In this document: one piece after another, positions 1 to 8,979 of the stretch
Position numbering within the stretch: position 1 is the stretch's first letter
How the letters are laid out: each line of letters starts with the position of its first letter
Origin: Acutalibacteraceae bacterium
GTDB taxonomy: Bacteria; Bacillota; Clostridia; Oscillospirales; Acutalibacteraceae
DNA length: 42,135 nucleotides
NCBI GenBank assembly: GCA_051894195.1
Contig: JBJFIB010000135.1
Coordinates: 1-42,135, forward strand
Direction: 5' to 3'
Position numbers and translations under genes: made by a program
The notes under the pieces: generated by a model
The model's database searches: none
Told to the model about the DNA's origin: nothing
What the model saw: only the letters and a program-made list of their open reading frames with translations

Positions 1-101
1 TATATATTTGGTACGAATCCGAAATCTATCATTTTGAAAAGTACAACCTTAAACTTAATGATGATTTTATAGAGTATGTGCTGAACAAGGTGAATAAATG
101 A
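1..101 (+). CDS. 3' fragment of a tandem paralog (hypothetical small protein), cut by the window edge
   Basis: The frame ending at TGA 99-101 reads YIWYESEIYHFEKYNLKLNDDFIEYVLNKVNK. This matches the C-termini of the 148..456 and 503..811 products. Confidence 0.6.
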   Translation, partial: YIWYESEIYHFEKYNLKLNDDFIEYVLNKVNK

Positions 102-147
102 ATTTTATACTTGTTATGTTTATTTGAGAAATCAGGAGGTTATGTAA

Positions 148-456
148 ATGCGGTTTATAAGAGATAAATATGTTAATAAACTGACAAAAGAAGAATTAAC
201 TGATAATTTTTCAAGCGAGCCTATAAGTGAAAAAGCAAAAATATTAGAATATATGAAGTCTTTTTCAGAACCTTATGCATTTACTACTCAACCGGTTATT
301 GATGTATTCACAAATGAGGAGCTTGAATATACAGATAATGAATTTTTTGATGGGGTATATTTTTGGTACAAGTCTGAAATATATCATTTTGAAAAGTACA
401 ACCTTAAACTTAATGATGATTTTATAGAGTATGTGCTGAACAAGGTGAATAAATGA
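148..456 (+). CDS. Hypothetical 102-aa protein, tandem paralog copy 2
   Basis: ATG start, with AGGAGG 8 nt upstream. The reading frame is intact and has a conserved paralog. I recognise no family. Confidence 0.7.
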   Translation: MRFIRDKYVNKLTKEELTDNFSSEPISEKAKILEYMKSFSEPYAFTTQPVIDVFTNEELEYTDNEFFDGVYFWYKSEIYHFEKYNLKLNDDFIEYVLNKVNK

Positions 457-502
457 ATTTTATACTTGTTATGTTTATTTGAGAAATCAGGGGGTTTTGT
501 AA

Positions 503-811
503 GTGCAGTTTATAAGAGATAAATATGTTAATGAACTGACAAAAGAAGAATTAGCTGATAATTTTTTAAGCGAGCCTATAAGTGAAAAAGCAAAAATATT
601 AGAATATATGAAGTCTATTTCAGAACCTTACGCATGTACTACTCAACCGGTTGTTGATGTATTCACAAATGAGGAACTTGAATTTGTAGATAATGGTTTT
701 TCTGACGGTGTATATCTTTGGTACAAGTCTGAAATATATCATTTTGAAAAGTACAACCTTAAACTTAATGATGATTTTATAGAGTATGTGCTGAACAAGG
801 TGAATAAATGA
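503..811 (+). CDS. Hypothetical 102-aa protein, tandem paralog copy 3
   Basis: GTG start after AGGGGG. It differs from copy 2 at 12 of 102 residues, all within residues 2-72. The C-terminal 30 residues are identical. Confidence 0.7.
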   Translation: MQFIRDKYVNELTKEELADNFLSEPISEKAKILEYMKSISEPYACTTQPVVDVFTNEELEFVDNGFSDGVYLWYKSEIYHFEKYNLKLNDDFIEYVLNKVNK

Positions 812-859
812 ATGTTTTGAATGTGGTATTTGTCAATTTTTTTGTGTAAGGGGGATTAT

Positions 860-1045
860 ATGAGGGTGATATATTCAGATAAGGTTAAGCAACTATACAA
901 AACAGTTGAGCCATATATTGAAAGAGTTGGATTAGATTCTCATATAAAAGCTGATGCACCACAGGAAATAAAAGAACTTTATGAAGAATGGAAAGAACTT
1001 GCAAACAAAGAATATATAGAAGCAATGAGTTATTATAATAAGTAA
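860..1045 (+). CDS. Hypothetical 61-aa protein
   Basis: An internal ATG at 860 follows GGGGGA with about 6 nt spacing, whereas the ORF-track start at 821 has no RBS. A terminator follows the gene. No family recognised. Confidence 0.45.
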   Translation: MRVIYSDKVKQLYKTVEPYIERVGLDSHIKADAPQEIKELYEEWKELANKEYIEAMSYYNK

Positions 1046-1053
1046 TTGCGTTC

Positions 1054-1087
1054 AAACCGCTTTGAATAATCAAGGCGGTTTTGTTGT
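1054..1087 (+). terminator. Rho-independent terminator after the small-gene cluster
   Basis: Stem AAACCGC(t)TTG / CAA(g)GCGGTTT, followed by TTGTTG. Confidence 0.6.
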
Positions 1088-1181
1088 AAAAGTTGAACCA
1101 AATAAGCCCCAAATCCTGAAAATTCACAAAAAACAAGCGACCTTCAAAACCCTGAAAGCCGCTTGAATACTGGATTTTTTA

Positions 1182-1257
1182 TGGAGCTGGAAATGGGACT
1201 TGAACCCACGACTTCCTCATTACGAGTGAGGTACTCTACCAACTGAGTTATTCCAGC
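1182..1257 (-). tRNA. tRNA-Thr, anticodon CGT, with encoded CCA
   Basis: The reverse complement is GCTGGAATAACTCAGTTGGTAGAGTACCTCACTCGTAATGAGGAAGTCGTGGGTTCAAGTCCCATTTCCAGCTCCA. It folds as a 76-nt cloverleaf: acceptor GCTGGAA/TTCCAGC, anticodon stem CCTCA/TGAGG with loop CTCGTAA, and T-arm GTGGG-TTCAAGT-CCCAT. Confidence 0.92.
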
Positions 1258-1288
1258 ACAAATGAACTGCATAAATTAAAGCACTGAT

Positions 1289-1317
1289 ATTATACTATAA
1301 AATCATACAAAGGTCAA
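1289..1317 (-). promoter_or_regulatory. Putative sigma-A promoter for tRNA-Thr
   Basis: On the minus strand: TTGACC, 17 nt, TATAAT, about 31 nt upstream of the tRNA 5' end. Confidence 0.45.
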
Positions 1318-1403
1318 TAGCAAATTCAAAATTGAAATTGTGAAAAAATATCATTTGATAATTGTCGAAAATTACAATTAAATGATTTTGTATAATTTAA
1401 TTG

Positions 1404-1432
1404 TTTACAGCTAAAAAGTCAGATGTTATAAT
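1404..1432 (+). promoter_or_regulatory. Putative sigma-A promoter for the recombinase operon
   Basis: TTTACA (1404-1409), 17 nt, TATAAT (1427-1432). Confidence 0.4.
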
Positions 1433-1467
1433 GTAAAAAGATTTATGAAACTGAAAGGAGGATTTTT

Positions 1468-2457
1468 TTGAAAAAAGAATATCTTTATGAAGCACCCGAA
1501 GATGTCCGTGACTTTTTGAATTATATGCAGAATGTAAAGGGAAAATCTCAGCTTACAGTAGATGAATATTATGTTGATTTAAGAATATTTTTCAGATTTA
1601 TGAAGAAATTCAAGGGTTGTGTCAGTGAAGATACGCCTGATGAAAAAATCAGAATTGACGATATTACAACGGATTTTATCCGACAGATAACATTTTCGGA
1701 TATAAACTATTATATGAATTATTGTATGAGTGAGCGTCACAATAAAGCAAGTGCCCGTGCAAGAAAAACATCAAGCCTCAGCACTTTTTTTAAGTATCTT
1801 ACGAATAAAGTCAATAAGCTCGAAAAAAATCCGACAGAACAGCTTGACGCACCAAAGAAAACAAAATCACTGCCGAAATATCTCACATTAGAACAAAGTA
1901 TAGAACTTCTCAACGCCGTTGAGGGTGAGTATAAAGAGCGTGATTACTGCATACTGACATTGTTTCTTAACTGTGGAATGAGACTTTCGGAACTTGTCGG
2001 AATAAATATCGGAGATGTCCGTTCAGACCGTTCTTTGCGTCTTTTGGGAAAAGGCGACAAGGAGAGAGTGGTTTATCTGAATGATGCATGTATAGATGCG
2101 ATTGAGGCTTACAAAAAAGTCCGTCCGGTTGACGGTGTAGTTGACAAAAATGCATTGTTTCTCAGTCGGCTGAAAAAACGCATAAGTCCGAAAACCGTTC
2201 AGGCTATGGTGTATAAATACCTTGAAAAAATCGGACTTGATTCGCAGGGCTATTCGGTTCATAAACTGCGTCATACCGCCGCAACGCTTATGTATCAGCA
2301 GGGACATGTTGACATTCGTGTGCTGAAAGAAATTCTCGGACACGAAAATCTCGGTACAACTGAGATTTATACACACCTTTCAAGTCAGCAGATAAAGCAG
2401 GCAATAAATTCAAATCCACTTTCGGATGTAAAACCGAAGAAAAAGAAAAACGGTTGA
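1468..2457 (+). CDS. Tyrosine-type site-specific recombinase, XerC/XerD-like
   Basis: TTG start after AAAGGAGG. It has an N-terminal SAM-like core-binding region, and catalytic signatures GMRLSEL (Arg box), HKLRHTAAT (H-x-x-R) and LGHENLGTTEIYTH (catalytic Tyr). Confidence 0.9.
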   Translation: MKKEYLYEAPEDVRDFLNYMQNVKGKSQLTVDEYYVDLRIFFRFMKKFKGCVSEDTPDEKIRIDDITTDFIRQITFSDINYYMNYCMSERHNKASARARKTSSLSTFFKYLTNKVNKLEKNPTEQLDAPKKTKSLPKYLTLEQSIELLNAVEGEYKERDYCILTLFLNCGMRLSELVGINIGDVRSDRSLRLLGKGDKERVVYLNDACIDAIEAYKKVRPVDGVVDKNALFLSRLKKRISPKTVQAMVYKYLEKIGLDSQGYSVHKLRHTAATLMYQQGHVDIRVLKEILGHENLGTTEIYTHLSSQQIKQAINSNPLSDVKPKKKKNG

Positions 2458-2460
2458 TTT

Positions 2461-3267
2461 ATGAAAAAATTTTTTATTTTTGTGACAGCACTTTTTGCAG
2501 CTTTTGCTTTGATTTCAACGGGAGTTTCGGCGGCAGAAGATGTACAGTTTTCACTGAGAACCGATAACGATATAAAGTCCGGACAAACATTCAGTCTGTA
2601 TATTTCCGCTGACAGCAGTACGGATATAGGTGTCTTTCGCATAAGTGTTGAATTTGATGATGACTTGCTGGCGTTTAAATCGGCACGGCTTGCTGATGAA
2701 TATAAAGACCATTATATGAAGTATGAAACGCACGAAAACCGTATCATAATTATATATATGAATGATACACAGAACTCGTCAAAGTCGCTTAAAGACTGTA
2801 TAAAACTGAGATTTTCGCCACTGAACAATGATGTTGAAAATTACACTTTTAAAACCTCACTGTATGAAACAGGCGACAAAAATGCAAATCCGCTTGAATG
2901 TAACGAAATGCCGTCTTTGTCGCTGAAAGTTACACAAAACGGAAGCAGTGCAGATGTTTCATATTCAAAGGTGACATCAAAGCCGCAAGGTGCAATATCA
3001 CAACATAAAACATCTTCTATTGATACGGGTAGTTCAGAGAGTACAAAAAATCCAATCAATTCAGACAATACAATTTCAGCACCATACAGTCTGCCGGAAA
3101 ATCACGAATACAGTCTTTCCGAAAACGATACGGATATTTCATTTAAACAGGATTATTTTTATTTTATTGCAGGGGCTGTTATTCTTGTTGTGCTTGTTGC
3201 GATAGTCGCTTTTAAACTCGGTGCAAAAAACAAATATTCCGAAAGTAGCGATAAAAACAGGAAATAA
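2461..3267 (+). CDS. Secreted, membrane-anchored protein with a cohesin-like module
   Basis: Signal peptide MKKFFIFVTALFAAFALISTGVSA. A ~140-aa beta-type module (SGQTFSLYISADSSTDIGVFRISVEFDDDLLAF...) resembles cohesin domains. A Ser/Thr/Asn-rich linker follows, then a C-terminal TM helix FIAGAVILVVLVAIVAF and a basic tail. The coding call is firmer than the domain call. Confidence 0.6.
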   Translation: MKKFFIFVTALFAAFALISTGVSAAEDVQFSLRTDNDIKSGQTFSLYISADSSTDIGVFRISVEFDDDLLAFKSARLADEYKDHYMKYETHENRIIIIYMNDTQNSSKSLKDCIKLRFSPLNNDVENYTFKTSLYETGDKNANPLECNEMPSLSLKVTQNGSSADVSYSKVTSKPQGAISQHKTSSIDTGSSESTKNPINSDNTISAPYSLPENHEYSLSENDTDISFKQDYFYFIAGAVILVVLVAIVAFKLGAKNKYSESSDKNRK

Positions 3268-3273
3268 TTTGAT

Positions 3274-3972
3274 ATGAGTATTTTATCTGCTTATAAAAAG
3301 GAGGAAAATAACCAGATGAAAAATAAGCTGACCATAAATGATTTAATATATGAAGCAAAAGCTTTCTGCGAAAATGTTTCAAAAGAAAACCATACAAAAT
3401 TGATAGGAGTAACAGACGGCAAAGCCGTAGGAACATATATTGAACATAAGTTTGAAGACTATCTTAGTGGGAAATATAATGTGTCAGTAGGCAGTAGTGC
3501 TAAGGGAATAGACTTGCCGGACAGCGATATTATGACAGATATAAAAGTTACTTCTATTACACAACCACAATCAAGCTGTCCTTTTGAAAATGCCCGTCAA
3601 AAAATCTTTGGTCTGGGATATAATCTGCTTGTTTTTGTATATAAAAAGTCTGATAGTGATAATACCTGTAATTTGAACTTTACACATTGTGCTTTTATCA
3701 ACAAAGAAAGAACAGGTGATTTCACTATTACAAAAAGATTGCGTGAAATGATTGATGATGGTGCAAATAAAGAAGATATAATTTCATTCTTACAGGACAG
3801 AAATGTTCCGGGTGATGAAATTGTATATAATAATATTGCTGATGAAATATTGAAGCATAAACCGGAACAAGGTTATTTGACAATCAGCAACGCACTTCAA
3901 TGGAGATTACAATATTCCCGTGTTATTTCCTTAAATAACAGTGTTTCAGGGGTGAAAAATTATGAGTGGTAA
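3274..3972 (+). CDS. Putative type II restriction endonuclease (PD-(D/E)xK-like)
   Basis: The candidate catalytic stretch GIDLPDSDIMTDIKVTS fits a PD...(D/E)xK pattern. The gene overlaps the downstream methyltransferase by 11 nt. An alternative start at ATG 3316 lies 11 nt after GGAGG and may be the real one. Confidence 0.55.
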   Translation: MSILSAYKKEENNQMKNKLTINDLIYEAKAFCENVSKENHTKLIGVTDGKAVGTYIEHKFEDYLSGKYNVSVGSSAKGIDLPDSDIMTDIKVTSITQPQSSCPFENARQKIFGLGYNLLVFVYKKSDSDNTCNLNFTHCAFINKERTGDFTITKRLREMIDDGANKEDIISFLQDRNVPGDEIVYNNIADEILKHKPEQGYLTISNALQWRLQYSRVISLNNSVSGVKNYEW

Positions 3973-5500
3973 GCGGGAATTTGGTGATTATCAGACACCT
4001 ATTGATTTTGCCGGACGAGTATGTGATTATTTGCGTTTTGAAAAGAATATCAGACCATCAGTGGTTGTTGAACCGACATGTGGTATAGGTAATTTTTTGC
4101 AGAGCAGTCTTTCTTTTGATGCAGAGAGATATTACGGAATTGAGATAAACCCTGAATACTGTGCATATTGCTGTGAGCATATTGATGATGAGCGAGTGAA
4201 CATTATTAACGGTGATCTTTTTAAAATCAGCCCGAAAAAAATTATCAGTCAGTTTTCAGATGTGTTGGTTATTGGAAATCCGCCGTGGGTAACAAACAGT
4301 ACGCTTTCAGTTCTTGAATCGGATAATTTGCCGCTGAAATCAAATTTCAAAGGTCTTAAAGGTATAGACGCTATTACGGGTGCAAGTAATTTTGATATAT
4401 GTGAATATATGATCTTGCGTTTGATAAATGAATTTCGTGATACAAACTGTGTTATTGCTATGTTATGTAAAACAACAGTGGCAAGAAATGTATTCAGAGA
4501 GTTGAAACGCAACAGTATAGATTTTGAATATTGCGATATATTGGAATTTGATGCATTCAAAGTGTTTGGAATAAATGCAAGTGCATGTGTTCTGGTTATA
4601 AAACTTTCCTGTCATAACTGTACATCAGATGTCTGCAATGTATATTCTTTTGATAATTATAAAAATGTAAAATATTCATTCGGATATGTAAATGGTCGGT
4701 TTTTAAACAATATTAAAAAAAATAATTATGATTTTGACGGTGAGTGCTGTTTTGAATGGCATCAGGGCATTAAACATGACTGTTCAAAAATTATGGAATT
4801 ATCAAAAAAAGATGGAGTGCTTTATAACGGAAAAGGCGATATTGTTGAGATAGAGGACAGTATATTATTTCCTTTGGTAAAAAGCAGTATGTTCAAAAGA
4901 CCGGTTATAAATGATTTTTCAAAATATGTATTGGTTACTCAGAAGAAAATCAAAGAGGAAACTTCCTATATAAAAAAATATGCTCCTAAAACATGGAGAT
5001 ATTTAACAGATAATATTGAATTTTTTAACAAGAGAAAAAGCTCTATATACAACAATTCGCCGCAGTTTTCTATGTTTGGAATTGGCGATTATTCTTATTC
5101 CGAATTCAAAGTGGGAGTAAGCGGTTTTTATAAAACGCCTTTATTTTCACTTATTTATTCTTCTGAAAATAAGCCTGTAATGACAGACGATACAAGCTAT
5201 TTTATAAGTTTTGATAACTATGATACAGCATATATCACAATGTTGCTGCTTAATACAAAGGCAGTTCAGGATTTTTTAACCAGCATAACTTTTCTCGATG
5301 CAAAGCGTCCATATACAAAAAGGGTCTTGAATCGTTTGTGCTTTCAGAAAATTTTATCTGTAATAACATATAAAGAATTGCAGGAAACGGAAAACAAGTT
5401 TAACTTAGAATCATATGTAACAGAAAAGATGTATTATGATTATAAGAATCTTCCTGTATTTAAACAAAATCAACAGATGACATTGGAGCAAATATCATAA
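3962..5500 (+). CDS. N6-adenine DNA methyltransferase, gamma-class order, with a C-terminal target-recognition region
   Basis: Motif I is VVEPTCGIGNFL and motif IV is IGNPPWV. Both lie in the first ~110 aa, followed by ~400 aa of non-conserved sequence. Confidence 0.85.
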   Translation: MSGKREFGDYQTPIDFAGRVCDYLRFEKNIRPSVVVEPTCGIGNFLQSSLSFDAERYYGIEINPEYCAYCCEHIDDERVNIINGDLFKISPKKIISQFSDVLVIGNPPWVTNSTLSVLESDNLPLKSNFKGLKGIDAITGASNFDICEYMILRLINEFRDTNCVIAMLCKTTVARNVFRELKRNSIDFEYCDILEFDAFKVFGINASACVLVIKLSCHNCTSDVCNVYSFDNYKNVKYSFGYVNGRFLNNIKKNNYDFDGECCFEWHQGIKHDCSKIMELSKKDGVLYNGKGDIVEIEDSILFPLVKSSMFKRPVINDFSKYVLVTQKKIKEETSYIKKYAPKTWRYLTDNIEFFNKRKSSIYNNSPQFSMFGIGDYSYSEFKVGVSGFYKTPLFSLIYSSENKPVMTDDTSYFISFDNYDTAYITMLLLNTKAVQDFLTSITFLDAKRPYTKRVLNRLCFQKILSVITYKELQETENKFNLESYVTEKMYYDYKNLPVFKQNQQMTLEQIS

Positions 5501-5546
5501 CAGTAAGCGTATAAAAATAAATATCTGTCATATACCACAAATTCGG

Positions 5547-5575
5547 TTGACAAGTGAAATAATTTGTTATACAAT
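5547..5575 (+). promoter_or_regulatory. Putative sigma-A promoter
   Basis: TTGACA (5547-5552), 17 nt, TACAAT (5570-5575). The ORF-track TTG start at 5547 is the -35 hexamer itself. Confidence 0.5.
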
Positions 5576-5630
5576 ATTTTTGATAATAATGGGATATTAT
5601 GTATCCTTAATGATGAAAGGACATAAAATA

Positions 5631-6350
5631 ATGGTTACATTTGAAGCTATGATACAGGACAAAAAGGTAAGAATGTTTGCTGACCTTCCACTCAAAAACG
5701 CAGCAGGAGCAATAATAAAAACACTCGTTCAGATAAGCCAGAAAACAGATATTTTTAACGGAAAGTTTGTTATGTGCTTTGGCTGGGCTTATTTCTTCCT
5801 CGATAAAAGACAGGACGAAAACGGCGAAGAATACTGGGTTATACAGACAACTGACTATAAGAAAAATCCTATGAATGACAAAACTGACAATACTACGGTT
5901 TCACTTCTCGTGCAGAATATGCAGATTGAAACCGTACAGACCGCAAGGGTACAGCCGCTTGCAACAACATTCAAGGATACCGTTCTTGTACTCAAAGAGG
6001 CAATAGGTGCAAAAGATGTTTATATGAACAGAACAGAACCTGAAAAAGAGGGAGATTCAGGCTGGTATTTCGGTTTGCTTGACGACCCGAATGAAGAAAA
6101 TCACAGTGCTGATGAATACACTGTGATTGCGTCCTATGAATTCCTTAAATTCCGCTCGGAAGCACTCAGAGTGCTTGAAATGCCTGTCGGAACTCTTGCG
6201 GTATTCCACGAAAATACACTTACTGCCCTTGTTGACAAGGACGACAATCCGCTGAAATTTACTACACCGCCGAAAGACTCGGAGAAAAATGTATATAATC
6301 CTGAGGAAGCTGTTTCCGAAAATAAAGACGAAAATCCACAAGATAAATAA
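5631..6350 (+). CDS. Hypothetical 239-aa protein whose C-terminal half carries a DSGW motif (Imm33/DUF2185-like, tentative)
   Basis: ATG 5631 follows AAAGGA. The motif context is EKEGDSGWYFGLLDDPNEEN...LEMPVGTLAVF. The tail is acidic. The family assignment is from memory only. Confidence 0.6.
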   Translation: MVTFEAMIQDKKVRMFADLPLKNAAGAIIKTLVQISQKTDIFNGKFVMCFGWAYFFLDKRQDENGEEYWVIQTTDYKKNPMNDKTDNTTVSLLVQNMQIETVQTARVQPLATTFKDTVLVLKEAIGAKDVYMNRTEPEKEGDSGWYFGLLDDPNEENHSADEYTVIASYEFLKFRSEALRVLEMPVGTLAVFHENTLTALVDKDDNPLKFTTPPKDSEKNVYNPEEAVSENKDENPQDK

Positions 6351-7502
<1,152 letters not shown>

Positions 7503-7512
7503 ATATTCACAC

Positions 7513-7541
7513 TTGAAACGGGTTTTGAAAATTGGTATAAT
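7513..7541 (+). promoter_or_regulatory. Putative extended -10 promoter for yajC
   Basis: TTGAAA, 17 nt, TGgTATAAT. Confidence 0.5.
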
Positions 7542-7610
7542 AAAACTGTTAATTTTTAAGTGCAGAAATATGAATTCTGTAATCAGTCTATTTTGAAAGG
7601 AAGAAGAATA

Positions 7611-8048
7611 ATGAGTTTTGCATTGCTTGACCAGGCATCACAGGCACAGGCATCACAGCAGGCGAGCGTATGGCAGATGGTGGGTACAATCGCTATATGG
7701 GTAGTTGTTATCGCAGTTTTTTACTTTTTGTTTATGCGTCCGCAGAAGAAAAAACAACAGCAGGAAGAACAACTCAGAAACAGCATTGAAATCGGCGATG
7801 ATGTTACAACAATCGGCGGTATAGTTGGCAAGATTGTTGCAGTAAGAGAGGACGACGATACATTCGTTCTTGAAACAGCAAGCGACAAAACAAAAATGCG
7901 TTTCAAAAAATGGGCAATTTCATCTGTTGACACTCCCGGCAAACAGCCTAAGCCAACAGAAAAGGGAAACAAACGCAGCAAAAAGAATAAATCAGAAGAT
8001 AAAAAAGAACTTCCTGAGGAAAAATCCACTGAAAGTTCAGAAAATTGA
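7611..8048 (+). CDS. yajC: Preprotein translocase subunit YajC, with a Lys/Glu-rich C-terminal extension
   Basis: ATG 7611 follows GAAAGGAAG. One TM helix, then FLFMRPQKKKQQQ...IEIGDDVTTIGGIVGKIV. The tgt-yajC synteny is conserved. Confidence 0.9.
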   Translation: MSFALLDQASQAQASQQASVWQMVGTIAIWVVVIAVFYFLFMRPQKKKQQQEEQLRNSIEIGDDVTTIGGIVGKIVAVREDDDTFVLETASDKTKMRFKKWAISSVDTPGKQPKPTEKGNKRSKKNKSEDKKELPEEKSTESSEN

Positions 8049-8060
8049 TTATAGCATATT

Positions 8061-8090
8061 GAGGAGTATCAGTTTTGGTACTCCTTTTTT
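8061..8090 (+). terminator. Rho-independent terminator after yajC
   Basis: Stem GGAGTA/TACTCC with a 10-nt loop, followed by TTTTTT. Confidence 0.75.
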
Positions 8091-8133
8091 GTTAGTTAGG
8101 AGTGAGGAGTTAGGAGTTGTGCTGACGGTCAGC
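8091..8133 (+). repeat. Heptad-repeat intergenic element, GGA class, GTNAGGA variant
   Basis: GTTAGGA GTGAGGA GTTAGGA GTTGTGC, followed by the near-palindrome TGCTGACGGTCAGC. Confidence 0.8.
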
Positions 8134-8201
8134 TTTGTTGCCGACATAATTTTATGCCCTTATGAATAAACATTATTAAAATGCTGATGTGGGGGCTTAG
8201 T

Positions 8202-8612
8202 ATGAAAAGTGATAAATCCCGTAACAGCGGAACTGCTGTAAGGGCAGCAAAGGCGGTGGCAGTCGGAACAGTTGTCGGCTTGGTAATCTGTATGCTGATT
8301 TTGCTTGTTATAACATTTATGCTTGTTAAAATTCAGAAATTCCCCGAAACTGCCGTTGTGCCTGTTGCAATATTCACGGCGTGTATCGGTGCGTTTGTCG
8401 GTGGATATTTTTCCGCAAGAGTCAAAAAAAGCAACGGTCTTTTAATGGGAGCCGTGTGTGCTTTGGTGATGTTCGTTGTACTTTTGCTTGTGGGAATTGC
8501 TTTTGCAGGGGATATATTCGGCGTTGTTTCACTGCTGAGAATGGGTGTAATGATTATTTCGGGTGCAATAGGCGGTGTTCTTGGCGTAAATAAACACAGA
8601 AGAAGAAAATAA
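8202..8612 (+). CDS. Small integral membrane protein with about 4 TM helices (possibly TIGR04086-type)
   Basis: ATG 8202 follows TGGGGG. There are four hydrophobic Gly/Ala/Val-rich segments and a basic C-terminus HRRRK. The family name is from memory and tentative. Confidence 0.7.
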   Translation: MKSDKSRNSGTAVRAAKAVAVGTVVGLVICMLILLVITFMLVKIQKFPETAVVPVAIFTACIGAFVGGYFSARVKKSNGLLMGAVCALVMFVVLLLVGIAFAGDIFGVVSLLRMGVMIISGAIGGVLGVNKHRRRK

Positions 8613-8615
8613 TGT

Positions 8616-8644
8616 TTGAATTTACGGGAAGAATGTGTTATCAT
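8616..8644 (+). promoter_or_regulatory. Putative promoter for scfA
   Basis: TTGAAT, 17 nt, TATCAT, preceded by TGTGT. Confidence 0.35.
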
Positions 8645-8724
8645 AGTATATGTAATACATATACGGTCGTTTTTGCCGAAAAAACGGTTTTGAGGCGGCG
8701 GCTTTTCAGAAAGGGTGATTTACG

Positions 8725-8871
8725 ATGAAAGAAACAAAGCACATCAAAACTCTTAACAATGCTAATCTCAAAGAGTCAGCAGTAAAGGGCGGTTGCGGTG
8801 AATGTCAGGCTTCCTGTCAGTCAGCTTGCAAGACTTCCTGCACAGTTGCTAACCAGAAGTGCGAGAAGTAA
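8725..8871 (+). CDS. scfA: Six-cysteine peptide SCIFF (RiPP precursor); absent from the ORF track
   Basis: My translation is MKETKHIKTLNNANLKESAVKGGCGECQASCQSACKTSCTVANQKCEK. This carries the canonical SCIFF C-terminal pattern GGCGECQ.SCQSACKTSCTV.NQ.C. AAGGGTGA lies upstream and the maturase gene downstream. Confidence 0.93.
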   Translation: MKETKHIKTLNNANLKESAVKGGCGECQASCQSACKTSCTVANQKCEK

Positions 8872-8896
8872 TTCTGCACTTTAACATCGTTTTTGT

Positions 8897-8930
8897 AAAG
8901 GGCGGATAATGTTTCCGCCCTTTATGTTTT
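8897..8930 (+). terminator. Hairpin with T-tract between scfA and scfB (terminator or attenuator)
   Basis: AAAGGGCGGA / TCCGCCCTTT with a 7-nt loop, followed by ATGTTTT. Confidence 0.6.
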
Positions 8931-8979
8931 AATTTTTTCGTAATTCAGACTTTATACTGTATTTCAGCGTATTAACTGA

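Larger units (their letters stand above)
1..815 (+). repeat. Tandem direct repeat with a 355-bp period, about 2.3 units. Each unit is one small gene plus a 46-bp spacer.
   Basis: ORF starts at 148 and 503 are 355 bp apart. The last ~100 nt of each gene and the spacer (attttatacttgttatgtttatttgagaaatcagg) are essentially identical in the units ending at 101, 456 and 811. Similarity is lost after about 815. Confidence 0.9.

Noticed and set aside
821-859. ATG 821 as the start of the small ORF
   Set aside because: It has no RBS and would add a hydrophobic, Cys-containing peptide. ATG 860 has a GGGGGA SD at proper spacing.
1182-2457. tRNA plus integrase interpreted as a prophage or ICE attachment site
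   Set aside because: There are no phage, conjugation or excisionase genes nearby. The recombinase lies on the 5'/promoter side of the tRNA rather than the 3' side, and I saw no repeat of the tRNA 3' end in the window. I kept it only as a weak island hypothesis.
8091-8133. Heptad arrays considered as CRISPR arrays
   Set aside because: The units are 7 nt, directly abutting with no spacers, and total length is under 50 nt. There are no cas genes in the window.
7870-8169. 99-aa + strand ORF overlapping the yajC 3' end
   Set aside because: It is out of frame with yajC and continues through the yajC terminator and the heptad element, so it is not plausible as a gene.
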